In this document: positions 38,881 to 52,009 of the stretch, in pieces | How positions within the stretch are numbered: position 1 is the stretch's first letter | Layout: every line of letters begins with the position of its first letter | Assembly: GCA_951406725.2 (NCBI GenBank) | Contig: OX597833.1 | Coordinates: 55,490,001-55,554,000, forward strand | DNA from: Octopus vulgaris | Taxonomy: Eukaryota | DNA length: 64,000 nt | Direction of reading: 5' to 3' | Position numbers and translations under genes: made by a program | The notes under the pieces: generated by a model | Seen by the model: the letters and a program-made list of their open reading frames with translations, nothing else | Databases searched by the model: none | Told to the model about the DNA's origin: nothing

Positions 38881-40578
38881 CCCAAAATCAAAAACATTAT
38901 TTGAAACAGTCTAATCACTAGAAATATAGTCAACTGATTCAGCAAAGAAAGGGTCTTAGTGCCCAGAACCAAAAGTAATTTTGATGTCCCCCACCTTAAT
39001 TAGTGAGTGGAGAGAAAAAAAATTTATAACCAGAAATGATTATCAATAATATTCACCCTCCCTCTGGTACATCTCGGATCATCAAAGAAAAGATTAAGTT
39101 ATAACCAGGGCAGCAGGCCACAAAGATTGATATCCCCCCCCCCACTACACACATAAGTTGGCTAGGTACATTGAACTCTAAGGACCTTATCCTTATTTAT
39201 ATAAATTTATATATTTATTTCGTCTTAATATTCACTGCAGTTGTATTTTTCACCATATCGCACGAGGAGGTTTAGGTGGGCAATTTAAACTGGTCGTGTG
39301 CATACATGCATATATATGTATGTATACATTCGTGTATGTAAGTATTTGTATGTTATATATATATTTGTATTTATGTGCTATCTGAGTATATTTCTTATGC
39401 AAAGTCAGAAATCCGGGATCTGGAATTATCCAGTAATTTTTTTGCTAGTTTATTTTGTCTCTTTGTCTTCTCTCCTGGTGATGTATGAACATTTAATGTT
39501 GTTTTAGAGTCAAGTTTGGCTGCTATTTCCAGCCTGGTGGTATCTCTTAGATACCCTAAATTATAATATAAAAATAATTATTACCTTTGAAGGTTTTTAT
39601 TCCCATGCTGGCCACTTGATAAGATCAGTAATTAAATAACGATCATATCCTTATTTATATAAATTCACATATATATATATATGTATTTATGTGTGTGTCT
39701 ATCCCCCGACAATCACTTGATAACTGATGTTGGTGTGTTTATGTCCCCATAATTTAGCAGCTTGGCAAAAGAGACCGATAGAATAAGTCCTAAGCTTACA
39801 AAGAATAAGTCATCAGGTCAATTTCTTTGACTAAAACTCCTTAAGGCGGTGCTCCAGCATGGCCACAGTCAAATGACTGAAACAAGTAAAAGATAAAAGA
39901 TATGTTACTTTCCAAAATATTACAAATGTCTTTAGAAAAAACTGTTCATACATTTTAATGGCAAATATATTTGTACTTTATTTTAATGGCAAATACATTT
40001 GTACTTTATTTTAATGGCAAATATATTTGTACTTTATTTTACCCCTTCTTTGGTACTAATGCATTATTGAAGATGAGGTTCTGTGAATTCAAATTACACC
40101 ATGTTAATACCGTTCAAGATGAGGAAGTCTTTTCACAGTCATTTGACCTGCTAAAAATAACAGTCAAATGCTATTCAAATCATACTCTAATGTCTTAAAA
40201 AATAATATAACCCTAGAAATGTTATGTGTTTTCAAAAAGAGACATCGTTGTTATGGCTGAAACACTTTTGATCAAAGGTCACTTTGATTAGAGTTGGTCA
40301 ATGATCAGAGATGTTCCAGCCAAGGAGCATGGAGTATCTTTTACCTTTTTCTTGTTTCAGTCAGTAGACTGTGGCCATGCTGGATCACAGACTTGAAGAA
40401 TTTTTAGATGAATGAACTGATCCAGTACTTACTTTTTTTAAAGCCTGGTACTTATTTTATTGGATCCCTTTTTGCTGAACCACTAAGTTACAGGGATATA
40501 AACTACCACCAGTTGTCAAGTGATGGTGGGTGATAAATGCAAGGACACACACAGATATATATATATATATATATATAG

Positions 40579-40773
40579 TTAATCCAAACATGAAAACATA
40601 AAGAGAAAACTCAACAACGTGAAGACGTGGAACAAGTATAGTATTATTGGACGCTCAGGAAAGAAGGAGGTTTTAACGTTTGAGCGGAGCTCTTCGTCAG
40701 AAACATAAGAAAAGGAAAGATCCAAGAAAGGGAAGACGGAGGAAAAAAAATCGCCAACGGTACACACGCGGTC

Positions 40774-40780
<7 letters not shown>
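40579..40780 (-). mobile_element. Penelope-like fragment in a (TA)n tract with a degenerate hammerhead (40670-40704)
   Basis: Flanked by (TA)n on both sides. The - strand reads GUUU CUGACGA A GAGC UCC GCUC AAA CGUU AAAAC; the G of GAAA is missing. Confidence 0.5.
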
Positions 40781-40810
<30 letters not shown>

Positions 40811-41126
40811 CAAAACAATCAAACACAGATTTGAAATCAGATGTTACTACAGTTCATATCATCTGTGGATAAATTTTTATATTGATATCACCAGCAGTGA
40901 CATAGGTGGCTCGCAGGCGCAATAGCATTAAATAGCTATGAATTATAAATTTGTATGAAGCATAAGGATGCTTAACAAGCATCCACCTGCTAGAAATAAG
41001 AGCTAAAGTCTTAAATTTATCCACCGTACCACACCAAGATAGAGAAAAACAGTCAGTATGCAAGGAAAACAAAAAGGATAAAATCATTTAACAGCACAAA
41101 TAAGAATATTATGCAATTAGGGATAC

Positions 41127-41181
41127 CCACAAACCAGGTTTCGGATTTTGGTTATTTAAACCCTGAGCTTCGTCAGTGTGG
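41127..41181 (-). ncRNA. Hammerhead ribozyme-like motif
   Basis: The - strand reads CCACA CUGACGA ...weak stem II... C GAAA C CUG G UU UGUGG; 5-bp stem I. Confidence 0.45.
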
Positions 41182-41394
41182 CTTACTGGGTAATAATCCA
41201 CAACTGTCACGTTAAACTCTGACTGTGCAACTGGTTTTGTTTTGCACCAAAAACAGAGGACATGGTGCATACAATTTTATATGTAAAACATTCAAACACT
41301 GAGATTTGAAATCAGATGTCATTACTGTTCATATCATCTGTGGATAAATTCTGTGGGTGGGTTGATGGGTGGTGGGTGGGCAGATGGATGGATG

Positions 41395-41446
<52 letters not shown>

Positions 41447-42491
41447 TAAACAACGGGCTTCTTTCAGTTTCTGTCTACCAAATCCACTCACAAGGCTTTG
41501 GTCAGCCCTATGCTGTAGAAGACACTTGCCCAAGGTTCCACAAAGTGGGACTGAACTTGGAACCACATGGTTGGTAAGAAAGCTTCTTACCACACAACCA
41601 CATCTGGGAAGAAAAACAGAAGACCAAGTCTTTCTTTACCATAGGAACTTGTGCTGTAAAACATCTTTTTTTTTTATCTATCTGCATTTAGTGAATGCCA
41701 AAAGATTTTTCCAATGGAGAAGTGAACAACCATGAAATGAAGTTATGCGGGACTAAAACTGCAAATTGATGAATCCCAGCATCACATCACTTTGCTGGTT
41801 TTGGTTCCCTATTGGTGAATAGTTAGGGTATTTCTTTTTATGTGAAAATCATTAATATTCACTTCCATTATTTAGCTATCCACCACCCAGAGCTAAAACG
41901 TTTTTCATCTGATCTCTTCAGATTCAGAAAGGTTAAACAATAATTTCTACTGAAATTAAGAGAAATTATTCATTTTTTTTTTCCTCATAGCGGACAGAGA
42001 GTTAATAAGAGATTGTATTGAATCTCTTTCAATGACCCGAGGCCAAATAAAGTAATTTAATTTCTATAAATGGCTGGAGGTTAAATAACAGAAAATGAGG
42101 TTACTCACAGCTAGAACACGCCAAGTATTCGAGTCATTATCAACAGCAAGTTGCCATCCACCAATCTTGGAGAATCTAAGGGGAAAAAAATGGCTAATAT
42201 TCAAATGGAATTTATGAAAAATACAACTCTATTAGATTTTTATCTCACAGCTAGAGGTAAAAATAACAAAATATTCAGTCAAAAAAAAAAAAACAATGTT
42301 GCTGAAAATAATATCTCCTGTATTCTGCCCACTGCCTTTTAAAGTTTTAGAATAGAATCCTTCAGGCCAAGAATATTGGTCTCTGATGTTGAAATAGATG
42401 TGGCCCTCAACTTGAAGCTCCATTCAAGCATGAATCGAAAAGCAGAAGTTTAACATCTGAAAATGCAACAAAAAATGAGAGCTTGAAAAGC

Positions 42492-44233
42492 AAACTCCAC
42501 CCATCTAACACCCGTGGACATATCCTTTTCAAACTCCACCCATCTAACACCCGTGGACATATCCTTTTCAAACTCCACCCAACCCGTGGACATATCCTTT
42601 TCAAACTCCACCCATCGAACACCCGTGGACATATCCTTTTCAAACTCCACCCATCTAACACCCGTGGACATATCCTTTTCAAACTCCACCCATCGAACAC
42701 CCGTGGACATATCCTTTTCAAACTCCACCCATCTAACACCCGTGGACATATCCATTTCAAACTCCACCCATCTAACACCCGTGGACATATCCTTTTCAAA
42801 CTCCACCCATCTAACACCCGTGGACATATCCTTTTCAAACTCCACCCATCTAACACCCGTGGACATATCCTTTTCAAACTCCACCCATCTAACACCCGTG
42901 GACATATCCTTTTCAAACTCCACCCATCGAACACCCGTGGACATATCCTTTTCAAACTCCACCCATCGAACACCCGTGGACTTATCCTTTTCAAACTCCA
43001 CCCATCTAACACCCGTGGACATATCCTTTTCAAACTCCACCCATCGAACACCCGTGGACATATCCTTTTCAAACTCCACCCATCTAACACCCGCAGACAT
43101 ATCCTTTTCAAACTCCACCCATCTAACACCCGTGGACATATCCTTTTCAAACTCCACCCATCTAACACCCGTGGACATATCCTTTTCAAACTCCACCCAT
43201 CTAACACCCGTGGACATATCCTTTTCAAACTTCACCCATCTAACACCCGTGGACATATCCTTTTCAAACTCCACCCATCTAACACCCGTGGACATATCCA
43301 TTTCAAACTCCACCCATCTAACACCCGTGGACATATCCTTTTCAAACTCCACCCATCGAACACCCGTGGACTTATCCTTTTCAAACTCCACCCATCTAAC
43401 ACCCGTGGACATATCCTTTTCAAACTTCACCCATCTAACACCCGTGGACATATCCTTTTCAAACTCCACCCATCTAACACCCGTGGACATATCCATTTCA
43501 AACTCCACCCATCTAACACCCGTGGACATATCCTTTTCAAACTCCACCCATCGAACACCCGTGGACATATCCTTTTCAAACTCCACCCATCGAACACCCG
43601 TGGACATATCCATTTCAAACTCCACCCATCTAACACCCGTGGACATATCCTTTTCAAACTCCACCCATCGAACACCCGTGGACATATCCTTTTCAAACTC
43701 CACCCATCTAACACCCGTGGACATATCCTTTTCAAACTCCACCCATCGAACACCCGTGGACATATCCTTTTCAAACTCCACCCATCTAACACCCGTGGAC
43801 ATATCCATTTCAAACTCCACCCATCTAACACCCGTGGACATATCCTTTTCAAACTCCACCCATCGAACACCCGTGGACATATCCTTTTCAAACTCCACCC
43901 ATCTAACACCCGTGGACATATCCTTTTCAAACTCCACCCATCTAACACCCGTGGACATATCCTTTTCAAACTCCACCCATCGAACACCCGTGGACATATC
44001 CATTTCAAACTCCACCCATCTAACACCCGTGGACATATCCTTTTCAAACTCCACCCATCTAACACCCGTGGACATATCCTTTTCAAACTCCACCCATCTA
44101 ACACCCGTGGACATATCCTTTTCAAACTCCGCCCATCTAACACCCGTGGACATATCCTTTTCAAACTCCACCCATCTAACACCCGTGGACATATCCTTTT
44201 CAAACTCCACCCATCTAACACCCGTGGACATAT
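42492..44233. repeat. 39-bp tandem array, about 45 units
   Basis: Unit aaactccacccatctaacacccgtggacatatccttttc; one 33-bp variant near 42570 and few substitutions. Confidence 0.97.
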
Positions 44234-44502
44234 TTACAAAGTCAGAAAACAGCACAGCTCCCTTGACTTCAGGAAACATTTTTTCACGCTGAGAGTTGCT
44301 GAAGCATGGAACAAACTGCCGGCATCAGTCGTTAGTTGTCGGAGCACTGCATCCTTCAAGACTTCCATGCTTCCTGAGATTCGCCAACACTACACCTGAT
44401 TCTCTCCCCTCCATACACACACAAGCATGTATCAGACAATTGTACATTACTGCATATACTCTATACGCACTTTCTGACAAGTTGTGGTGCACCTGAGCAC
44501 TT
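44202..44502 (+). mobile_element. 3' end of a CR1-like LINE, continuous with the 39-bp array
   Basis: KLHPSNTRGHIYKVRKQHSSLDFRKHFFTLRVAEAWNKLP...; homologous to 26870-27150. Confidence 0.85.
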
Positions 44503-44676
44503 TACTTTTAATTGTTTCAGTCATTTGACTGCGGCCATGCTGGAGCACCGCCTTATTCTTTGTAAGCCCAGTACTTATTCTATCGGTCTCTTTTGCCGAA
44601 CCGCTAAGTGACGGGGACGTAAACACACCAGCATCGGTTGTCAAGCGATGCTAGGGGGACAAACACACACACACAC

Positions 44677-44723
<47 letters not shown>

Positions 44724-44785
44724 TACGACAGGCTTCTTTCAGTTTCCGTCTACCAAATCCACTCACAAGGCATTGGTCGGCCCGT
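44503..44785 (-). mobile_element. SINE family A, partial, abutting the CR1-like 3' end
   Basis: Reverse-complement match. Confidence 0.8.
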
Positions 44786-45178
44786 ATACAATAATTTCAT
44801 TATTATTATCATTAATACAATCTTTGTCAGAGTGGCTGCTGGATAAAGCTTTCTTCAAATGAAAGGCTTTGTCTGTCATTCTGTGACCACACCAACTAAT
44901 CCAACTCAAAGCTGTCTCTTGTAAAAAAAAAAAAAAAAAAAAAAGGTGCAGTGATTCATGTCCTGAATCGTTTTCATGCACCAGATCACTTTATGTGCAG
45001 CATCAACAAACACTAAAATAAAAGTGAAGTGGTGAGCCTCATAGACATGGCTGTGTGGTAAAAAAGCTTGCTTCCCAACCACATTGACCCAAGTTCAATG
45101 CCATTGTGAGGCACCTTGAGCAAATGTTTTCTATTATAACCTTGTATGTAGAGTTGGTAGACAGAAGCTGAAAAAATG

Positions 45179-45580
45179 AAGGCGGCGAGCTGGCAGAAGT
45201 GTTAGCACGCCGGGCGAAATGCTTAGCGGTATTTCGCCTGCCGCTACGTTCTGAGTTCAAATTCCGCCGAGGTCAACGTTGCCTTTCATCCTTTCGGGGT
45301 CGATTAAATAAGTACCAGTTACGCACTGGGGTCGATATAATCGACTTAATCCGTTTGTCTGTCCTTGTTTGTCCTCTCTGTGTTTAGCCCCTTGTGGGTA
45401 GTAAAGAAATGGGTATTTTGTCTGCTGGTACGTTCTGAGTTCAAATTCTGTCGAGGTCGACTTTGCCTTTCATCCTTTTGGGGTCGATAAATTAAGTAAC
45501 AGTTGTGTACTAGGGTCGATCTAATCGACTGCCCCCTCCCCCAAAATTTAGGGCCTTATGCCTAGAGTAGAAAAGAATTA
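45179..45580 (+). mobile_element. SINE family B, dimeric
   Basis: ggcggcgagctggcagaa head and two core units. Confidence 0.8.
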
Positions 45581-46062
45581 TCCACAGTAAGCTTATACTA
45601 TGAAGAATACTGTTGACAAAATTTATCTACATACGGACATAAACTTGTAAATATCAACACTTATTGCTGTATATGTCTGTCTGTCTATATATATATATAT
45701 ATATCTTTCAATCTGTTTGTCTACCTATCTGTCTATTTCTTTGTCTGTCTATCAGTATATCTGTTTGTCTGTCATTGTTTACAGTTGAAATTGAAGCATA
45801 TAAAGTTATAAATAACAGTGTGTAAATATTAATTCTAAAAAAAAACCATTGTATAGAAAAAGAATGTTTAATATGTGGGTTCATGTCCTGCAAACTACCT
45901 TTGACTTTTTCTTTCCAAAGGATTTTGTTTTTAACCCAATATTTATACGCTATTATTCATAGCTTCATCTTCTTTCTGTTCAACCATTAAAAACAAATCA
46001 TTTCACCTTCTCTCAAAGTTTCTAAATTCTTATGAGGTAAACTGTGTATATATATAATATAT

Positions 46063-46295
46063 AGGGCGGCGACCTGGCAGAAACGTTAGCACACCGGACG
46101 AAATGCGTAGCCATATTTCGTCTGCCGTTACGTTCTGAGTTCAAATTCCGCCGGGGTCGACTTTACTTTTCATCCTTTCGGGGTCGATAAATTAAGTACC
46201 AGTTACGCACTGGGGTCGATGTAATCAACTTAATCCCTTTGTCTGTCCTTGTTGGTCCCCTCTGTGTTTAGCCCCTTGTGGGTAGTAAAGAAATA
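46063..46295 (+). mobile_element. SINE family B
   Basis: Full monomer ending gccccttgtgggtagtaaagaaat. Confidence 0.8.
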
Positions 46296-46315
46296 TATAT
46301 ATATATATATATCAG

Positions 46316-46815
46316 TCCCACTGCATCACAGATCCTCCTCCATGTTTAACAGTTGGAAGAAGGCAGTCTGGGTCAAATGCGTCTTTTAGGGGGGGGGGCT
46401 ATATCTTGGAAATGGTTTCCCTTCATGGCAGAATTAATAGTCAAGACTATTTAAGCATTTTATCTGGTCAAATTCATCCTATAGTTGCGGAACTATTTCT
46501 GGAGGGTAACGTAATCTTTCAGGATGATAATGCACCAATTCACACAGCTAAAGTTGTTACTGAATGGTACGAGGAACATTCTAGTGAAGTTTGAACATTT
46601 CATCCGGCCACCACAGCCCCCAGATCTCAATATTATTGAACATTTATGGTGTATTTTAGAAAAATAAGTAAGGAGTCGATATCCTCCACCATCATCACTA
46701 CAAGAACTGGAGACTGTTTTAGCCGAAGAATGGAGAAAAATTCCTTTGGAAACAATACAAACTTTGTACGAGTCGATACCTTGTAGAATTCAAGCTGTAA
46801 TTACTGCCAAAGACC
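46316..46815 (+). pseudogene. Degraded Tc1/mariner transposase fragment (DDE domain)
   Basis: FQDDNAPIHTAK, PDLNIIEHLW and LQELETVLAEEWRKIP with stops and frameshifts; the PTVKHGGGSVMQW segment (46316-46387) is inverted. Confidence 0.85.
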
Positions 46816-47254
46816 ATCGTGAAGAAACGAGTTGGCACTGTCATGCTTTTAGTTGTCAGAAGTGAAAGTAGAAAAATCTGACGTCAACTTCGTGTATTTA
46901 CGTCGTCAGGTTTATACCTTCATTAATTTACGCCGTTTATTTACGTACCACCACGCTGTTAGGGTTATAAAACTATTGCAGTTCAGTTTAAAGTTTATAA
47001 ATAAATGCATTTCATTCCATGTTCTGTTTAAACTTTATAAATAAATAATATTCTTGCAGTGTGTGTATATGTGGCTAATGTGTGTGTGTGAAAAATAGTT
47101 GTGGTCTTCATCGGTAAAAGTTGTTTACAAGTTCTAAATGCCCCAAGGCAGCGTTTCTCAACCATCTGTTACCCAAGGACCCCATATTAAAATAAATTTA
47201 TTTGAAATTTTAAGGTGTTTCCATTATTTTGTCCCAACCTCTGTATATATGCGG

Positions 47255-47597
47255 TGGATCTGATCAACGGAACAGCCTGCTCGTGAAATTAACGTAAGTG
47301 GCTGAGCACTCCACAGACACGTGTACCCTTAACGTAGTTCTCGGGGATATTCAGCGTGACACAGAGAGTGACAAGGCCGGCCCTTTGAAATACAGGTACA
47401 ACAGAAACAGGAAGTAAGAGTGAAAGAAAGTTGTGGTGAAAGAGTACAGCAGGGATCACCACCATCCCCTGCCGGAGCCTCGTGGAGCTTTAGGTGTTTT
47501 CGCTCAATAAACACTCACAACGCCCGGTCTGGGAATCGAAACCGCGATTCTACGACCGCGAGTCCGCTGCCCTAACCACTGGGCCATTGCGCCTCCT
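47255..47597 (-). mobile_element. SINE family C
   Basis: Near-identical reverse complement of 53182-53525. Confidence 0.85.
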
Positions 47598-47746
47598 GTA
47601 TATATGTACACATACGTATATAAATGTGTGTCTTTGTGTCTGTTTGTTCCCTACCACCACCATCGCTTGATAACCGTTGTAGGCGTGTTAATGTCCCCGT
47701 AACATAACGGTCTGGCCAAAGAGTAGGACAGAATAATACTAGGCTT

Positions 47747-48167
47747 GGATCTTTTCGGTTTGAACGGCAGTTTTTTCTAGCGGTGTCATATGAAATTGTC
47801 ACCCATAATTATGACCCTAGTATCGATCTATTGCATTTCAATCTGTTTTAGGGTTAGGGTTAGGGGTGGGGGAAGGGCATATTTTTTTCTTCACAAATGT
47901 AAATAAACCCAATCTGTTTCTTAAACGAGGGACATATTCATACGGCACAGAATGTTTTTTTTTTACCTCAATAGACGTCATTGATTGGTTGAAATTGCAG
48001 AAATTGAAGAAAAAACCCCACAAATATCTTACAAACTATAGAATTTTCTCAATAAAGCCAAGAGAAAAAGATGTTTTATAAACCCATTCTACCAGTATAC
48101 GAAGTTTTAAAATTTTTCAGTTACCTAGAAATTATGTTAAAAACTGCCGTTCAAACCGAAAAGTTCC
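47747..48167. mobile_element. ~420-bp MITE with ~29-bp TIRs and an 8-bp TSD (Merlin-like), inserted in a family A SINE
   Basis: TIR GGATCTTTTCGGTTTGAACGGCAGTTTTT; TSD ctaggctt at 47739-47746 and 48168-48175. Confidence 0.85.
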
Positions 48168-48589
48168 CTAGGCTTGCAAAGAATAAGTCCTGGGGTCGAT
48201 GTTTTCGACCAAAAAAATATTAAAACAAAAAAAAAACCTTTAAGGAGTTGCTCCAGCGTGGCTACAGTCAAAAGACTGAAACGAGTAAAAGCGTCATTGC
48301 TTTGAGAACATTAAGCCAGGTTTATCTGCTAGAATTCATAAATCTGATTCAACACAGTACCTGAACTATTTAGTCTTGTTGTTCAGTTTTGATTTTATGC
48401 AGTGGATATTTGATAATTAGGATATGGTAAACATAATTACTCGTGGGTCAAAAGATTCCGTTCACTTACTTGAAATGGTTTTAATTCCGCGACAGGACAA
48501 ATCTATATTACGGAGGATTTATGTATAACTTTGTTTTGAGAGTATTTGTGACCAACAGCCGCTGTCAATCAGTTAGGTTTAAAGAGCAC

Positions 48590-48630
<41 letters not shown>

Positions 48631-49012
48631 GGGAGTAGAGAGGACGAGAGGGGTGAGTGAGAGAAAGAGGAGGAGAGGGAGCGGGAGGGAGAGATAGGTG
48701 GAGGGAGAGGGGGGATAGAGAGGGGAGTGGAGGGAGAGAGAGGGGGGAGCGGGAGGGAGAGAGAGGGAGGAGCGGGAGGAGCGGGAGGGAGAGAGAGGGA
48801 GGAGCGGGAGGGAGAGAGAGGGAGGAGCGGGAGGGAGGAGCGGGAGGGAGAGGGAGGGAGAGAGAGGGAGGAAGAGAGAGGGAGGGAGAGAGAGGGAGGA
48901 AGAGAGAGGGAGGGAGAGAGAGGGAGGAGAGAGGGAGGAGAGGGGAGGGAGAGGGAGGGAGAGAGAGGGAGGAGATGGGAGGGAGAGAGAGGGAGGAGCG
49001 GGAGGGAGAGAA
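48590..49012. repeat. Polypurine (GA/GGGA) tract
   Basis: About 420 nt, almost exclusively G/A on the + strand. Confidence 0.9.
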
Positions 49013-50365
49013 TTTTATATTCGTGCCTTACTCAGTAATCAAAAATGGTAGAATTATGATTGGGTATTAAAACTTTAGAGACTGACTCATAATAAAGCTT
49101 ATAGAAATGTGTTTTGATCAAAAACGTTTCCCTATCTCACACACAATTTAAAAGGTAATTCAGACAACTAGTTATAATCTTTGAACATATTTAATGAAAT
49201 AACTTAAAATCAGAAATTACAACTGACTTGCAATTAGCAGCCATTTTCCCTCCCTTCAACGTAGATTCACACAATATCCACTAAAAATTATTATAAAAAA
49301 AAAAAACATCGTGAAGAAACGAATTTAATATGTGTGTGTGTGAAGAAGATAGTTGTGGTCTCCATCGGCAAAAGTTGTTTACAAGTTCTGTATGCCCTAA
49401 GGCAGCGTTTCTCAACCAAGGACCCCTTTAATATTTTATTCTGGTGGACCTCCATACTCATTCGATATTTAAAAACTACACTTATAGAAACTTCTTTCAA
49501 AATCTCTCTTTTGGTTTTTTACATATTAACTTACGTAGGTCGAACTATGTAAAATGTAAAAGAAAGAAGCCCAGCTGTTTCTTTCAATACATACCAATAC
49601 ATATATCTAAAGTAAAATTTTTTTTCAGGGACCCTTAAAATACTATTGTGGATCTTCAGTTTATTATATTGTATGAACCCCCAAAAGTCTTATATGGGCC
49701 CTGTGGGCTATATGGACTTCAACTGAGAAATACTACTTAGGAGACACGAGTTTTAACGTTTTAAGCAGAAACTTTCGAGCACTTCCACCCTACCATTACA
49801 GCAATAGTTCACAAAATGGAATAATTTTTATTCTACAGGAATCTGGGTTTCGTGTAGTAGACATAGTTTAAGTATTGAATCCTACATTTCTGACATCGTT
49901 TAAAATATAAAACTTTCTGCAAAGCTTTAAAAAATGGAGGTATAAAACTAATGCAATGATGTTAAGAAATATTGAAAAAAATAAATATATAACGTTATTC
50001 AGGTTTTAACCCGTGACAGTGTAGACACCGTATTTAAAATATTCGGTTATATTTAGTTATTTTTAATTAACTTTTTTTTAAATTCAATTGAAATATTAAA
50101 AGCTAAAGTACATGAAAGTAAAAAATTGATAACGGCAATGATTGAAATGTAACTGTATACAACGAAAATAGATGAAATGTATACAATAATTTCATTATTA
50201 TATACATTCATATATTATATTATTATATATACATTTCATATAAATGAAATGTATGCAATAATTTCATTATTATATATTATATTATATTACATTATTATAT
50301 ATACATTTCATATAAATGAAATGCATACGATAATTTCATTATTATTATTATATATTTAAAGTTCG

Positions 50366-50968
50366 TTATAGATTTTGAACAACTTTGAAATTCGACATCA
50401 TCCTCGGTGCACACAACAGGATAAAGAGTGAGAAACAATTGATAAGAATTGTCAGCATAAGCCAGTCATGTTGTAAACCGAAGATAATAGTTGCGGATGC
50501 CAGCTTAAACGAAGAGCATATGAGACAGTGGACGAGGGTGCGATTTGGTAAGGCCGCCTTTCGTTTCGTAAACGGGAAAACCATGCAGAAGATTATCAAC
50601 GAACCGGCCGATATAGCCAAGTCTAGCGGGATGATTAAATACTCGGATATGGTATACGAAAGTTCGTGAGATAATTTCAGCAGATGTATGATGCTGCTGC
50701 AGAAATTGAACATAGATAACGCCAGATAGATGAGTAGATAGATCCAGTGTGGTTCATAGTGAGTGGGAGTAATGCGTTGTTGGTTCGTATGCTGCTGAGA
50801 TTCTCCTAGCTCTACCATTTCTATGTTCTCTTCATCGTTACGATTGCTGGAAGCAGGTGGTGGTTGTGATGTTGCCCACGAATCATTCGAGGATCGTAGT
50901 AAATTGTTCATACTCGGACTACTCTCCAAAGCATCCATATCTACATCAGTTCTAGAACCATCGTCCAT
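50366..50968 (-). CDS. Uncharacterised four-TM membrane protein, paralogue 1 (200 aa, single ORF)
   Basis: Uninterrupted ORF from agaATGg at 50968. Polar N-terminus, then four hydrophobic segments. Clear homology to ORFs 56090-57226 and 61624-62247 (HWxYLL, LLK, IFCxxFPF, FGLxxDW, NFxxxQN). Confidence 0.8.
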   Translation of the reverse strand: MDDGSRTDVDMDALESSPSMNNLLRSSNDSWATSQPPPASSNRNDEENIEMVELGESQQHTNQQRITPTHYEPHWIYLLIYLALSMFNFCSSIIHLLKLSHELSYTISEYLIIPLDLAISAGSLIIFCMVFPFTKRKAALPNRTLVHCLICSSFKLASATIIFGLQHDWLMLTILINCFSLFILLCAPRMMSNFKVVQNL

Positions 50969-51135
50969 TCTTTCTCGAGATATAATCTTCTTTAGCCGTT
51001 TTGGAACCAAATGATGTGAAAACTTTCCTCCGTTTGAAATCTTAGCAGCCGGTTTTGTTTTGTATTTGTTCTCCCGGAAATGGAAATTGAAAAAAAAACT
51101 ACTTCCCTATTTTTCTTTTAAATTGTAAAACTTAC

Positions 51136-51259
51136 CTTAAATGAATTAGTCCACCATTTCGGCTTGCGTCTTGCTTTCCATTTTTTACCTTCCATTTTCT
51201 TTGGTTAATTACTATACGTATTTTTGCATTCGAATCCACAACCCAATTTCAATTCTTAG
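51136..51259 (-). promoter_or_regulatory. Conserved upstream blocks of paralogue 1 (putative core promoter or 5' UTR)
   Basis: On the + strand, cttaaatgaattagtcca (51136-51153) and ttcaattcttag (51248-51259) recur upstream of all three paralogues. Confidence 0.5.
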
Positions 51260-51544
51260 TGTAGGTCATCAAACTTCACTTAGGTTTTTAATGTCGTTAG
51301 AAATATATGAATACCACCTCTCGGTTTGTGTCCAGTGGCGGAGGCCTGTAACTCGGTTGTTAAGGTGTTGGTAGCCATGATCATAAGATTGCAGTTTCGA
51401 TTCCTGGCCCAGGTAATGCGTTGTGTTGTTGTGTTCTTGAGCAAAATATTTCATTCCACCTTGCTCTTGTCCACTCAGCTAGTGAATGAAGTTGGACAAA
51501 AGTAAAAATAAAATGAAAAATGTTTTTGGAGGAAAAAATAAATG

Positions 51545-51693
51545 ATGTGTGGTAAGTAGCTTGTTTACCAGCCACATGGTTCCGGGTTCAGTCCCACTGC
51601 GTGGAACCTTGGGCAAGTGTCTTCTACTATAGCCTCGGGCCGACCAAAGCCTAGTGAGTGGATTTGGTGGACGGGGGCTGAGAGAGGCCCGTC

Positions 51694-51735
<42 letters not shown>

Positions 51736-51950
51736 ATATGTTTGTGTGTCTGTGTTTGTCCCACCAACATCACTTGACAACCGATGCTGGTGTGTTTACG
51801 TCCCCGTAACTTAGCGGTTCGGCAAATGAGACCGATAGAATAAGTACTAGGCTTACAAAGAATAAGTCCTGGGGTCGATTTGCTCGACTAAAGGCGGTGC
51901 TCCAACATGGCCACAGTCAAATGACTGAAACAAGTGAAAGAGTAAAGAGA
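51545..51950 (+). mobile_element. SINE family A
   Basis: Match to the other copies. Confidence 0.85.
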
Positions 51951-52009
51951 TATAAAAATTAAAACTTGCCTTGTAAAATGTTTTTACAAGGTATAAAACA
52001 AATAATTCT

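Noticed and set aside
42450-44399. ORFs of 592-638 aa in several frames, and a superficial CRISPR-like look
   Set aside because: These are by-products of a 39-bp unit that is stop-free in several frames. Units abut with no unique spacers, there are no cas genes, and the context is eukaryotic LINE sequence.
47848-47866. (TTAGGG)n as an interstitial telomere
   Set aside because: Only about 3 units, and they are an internal part of the MITE.
48657-49070. Arg/Glu/Gly-rich ORFs
   Set aside because: Translation of a polypurine simple repeat.
50969-51010. N-terminal extensions of the three four-TM ORFs from TTG/GTG starts in the ORF track
   Set aside because: Non-ATG starts; all three genes share an aligned agaATGg further downstream.
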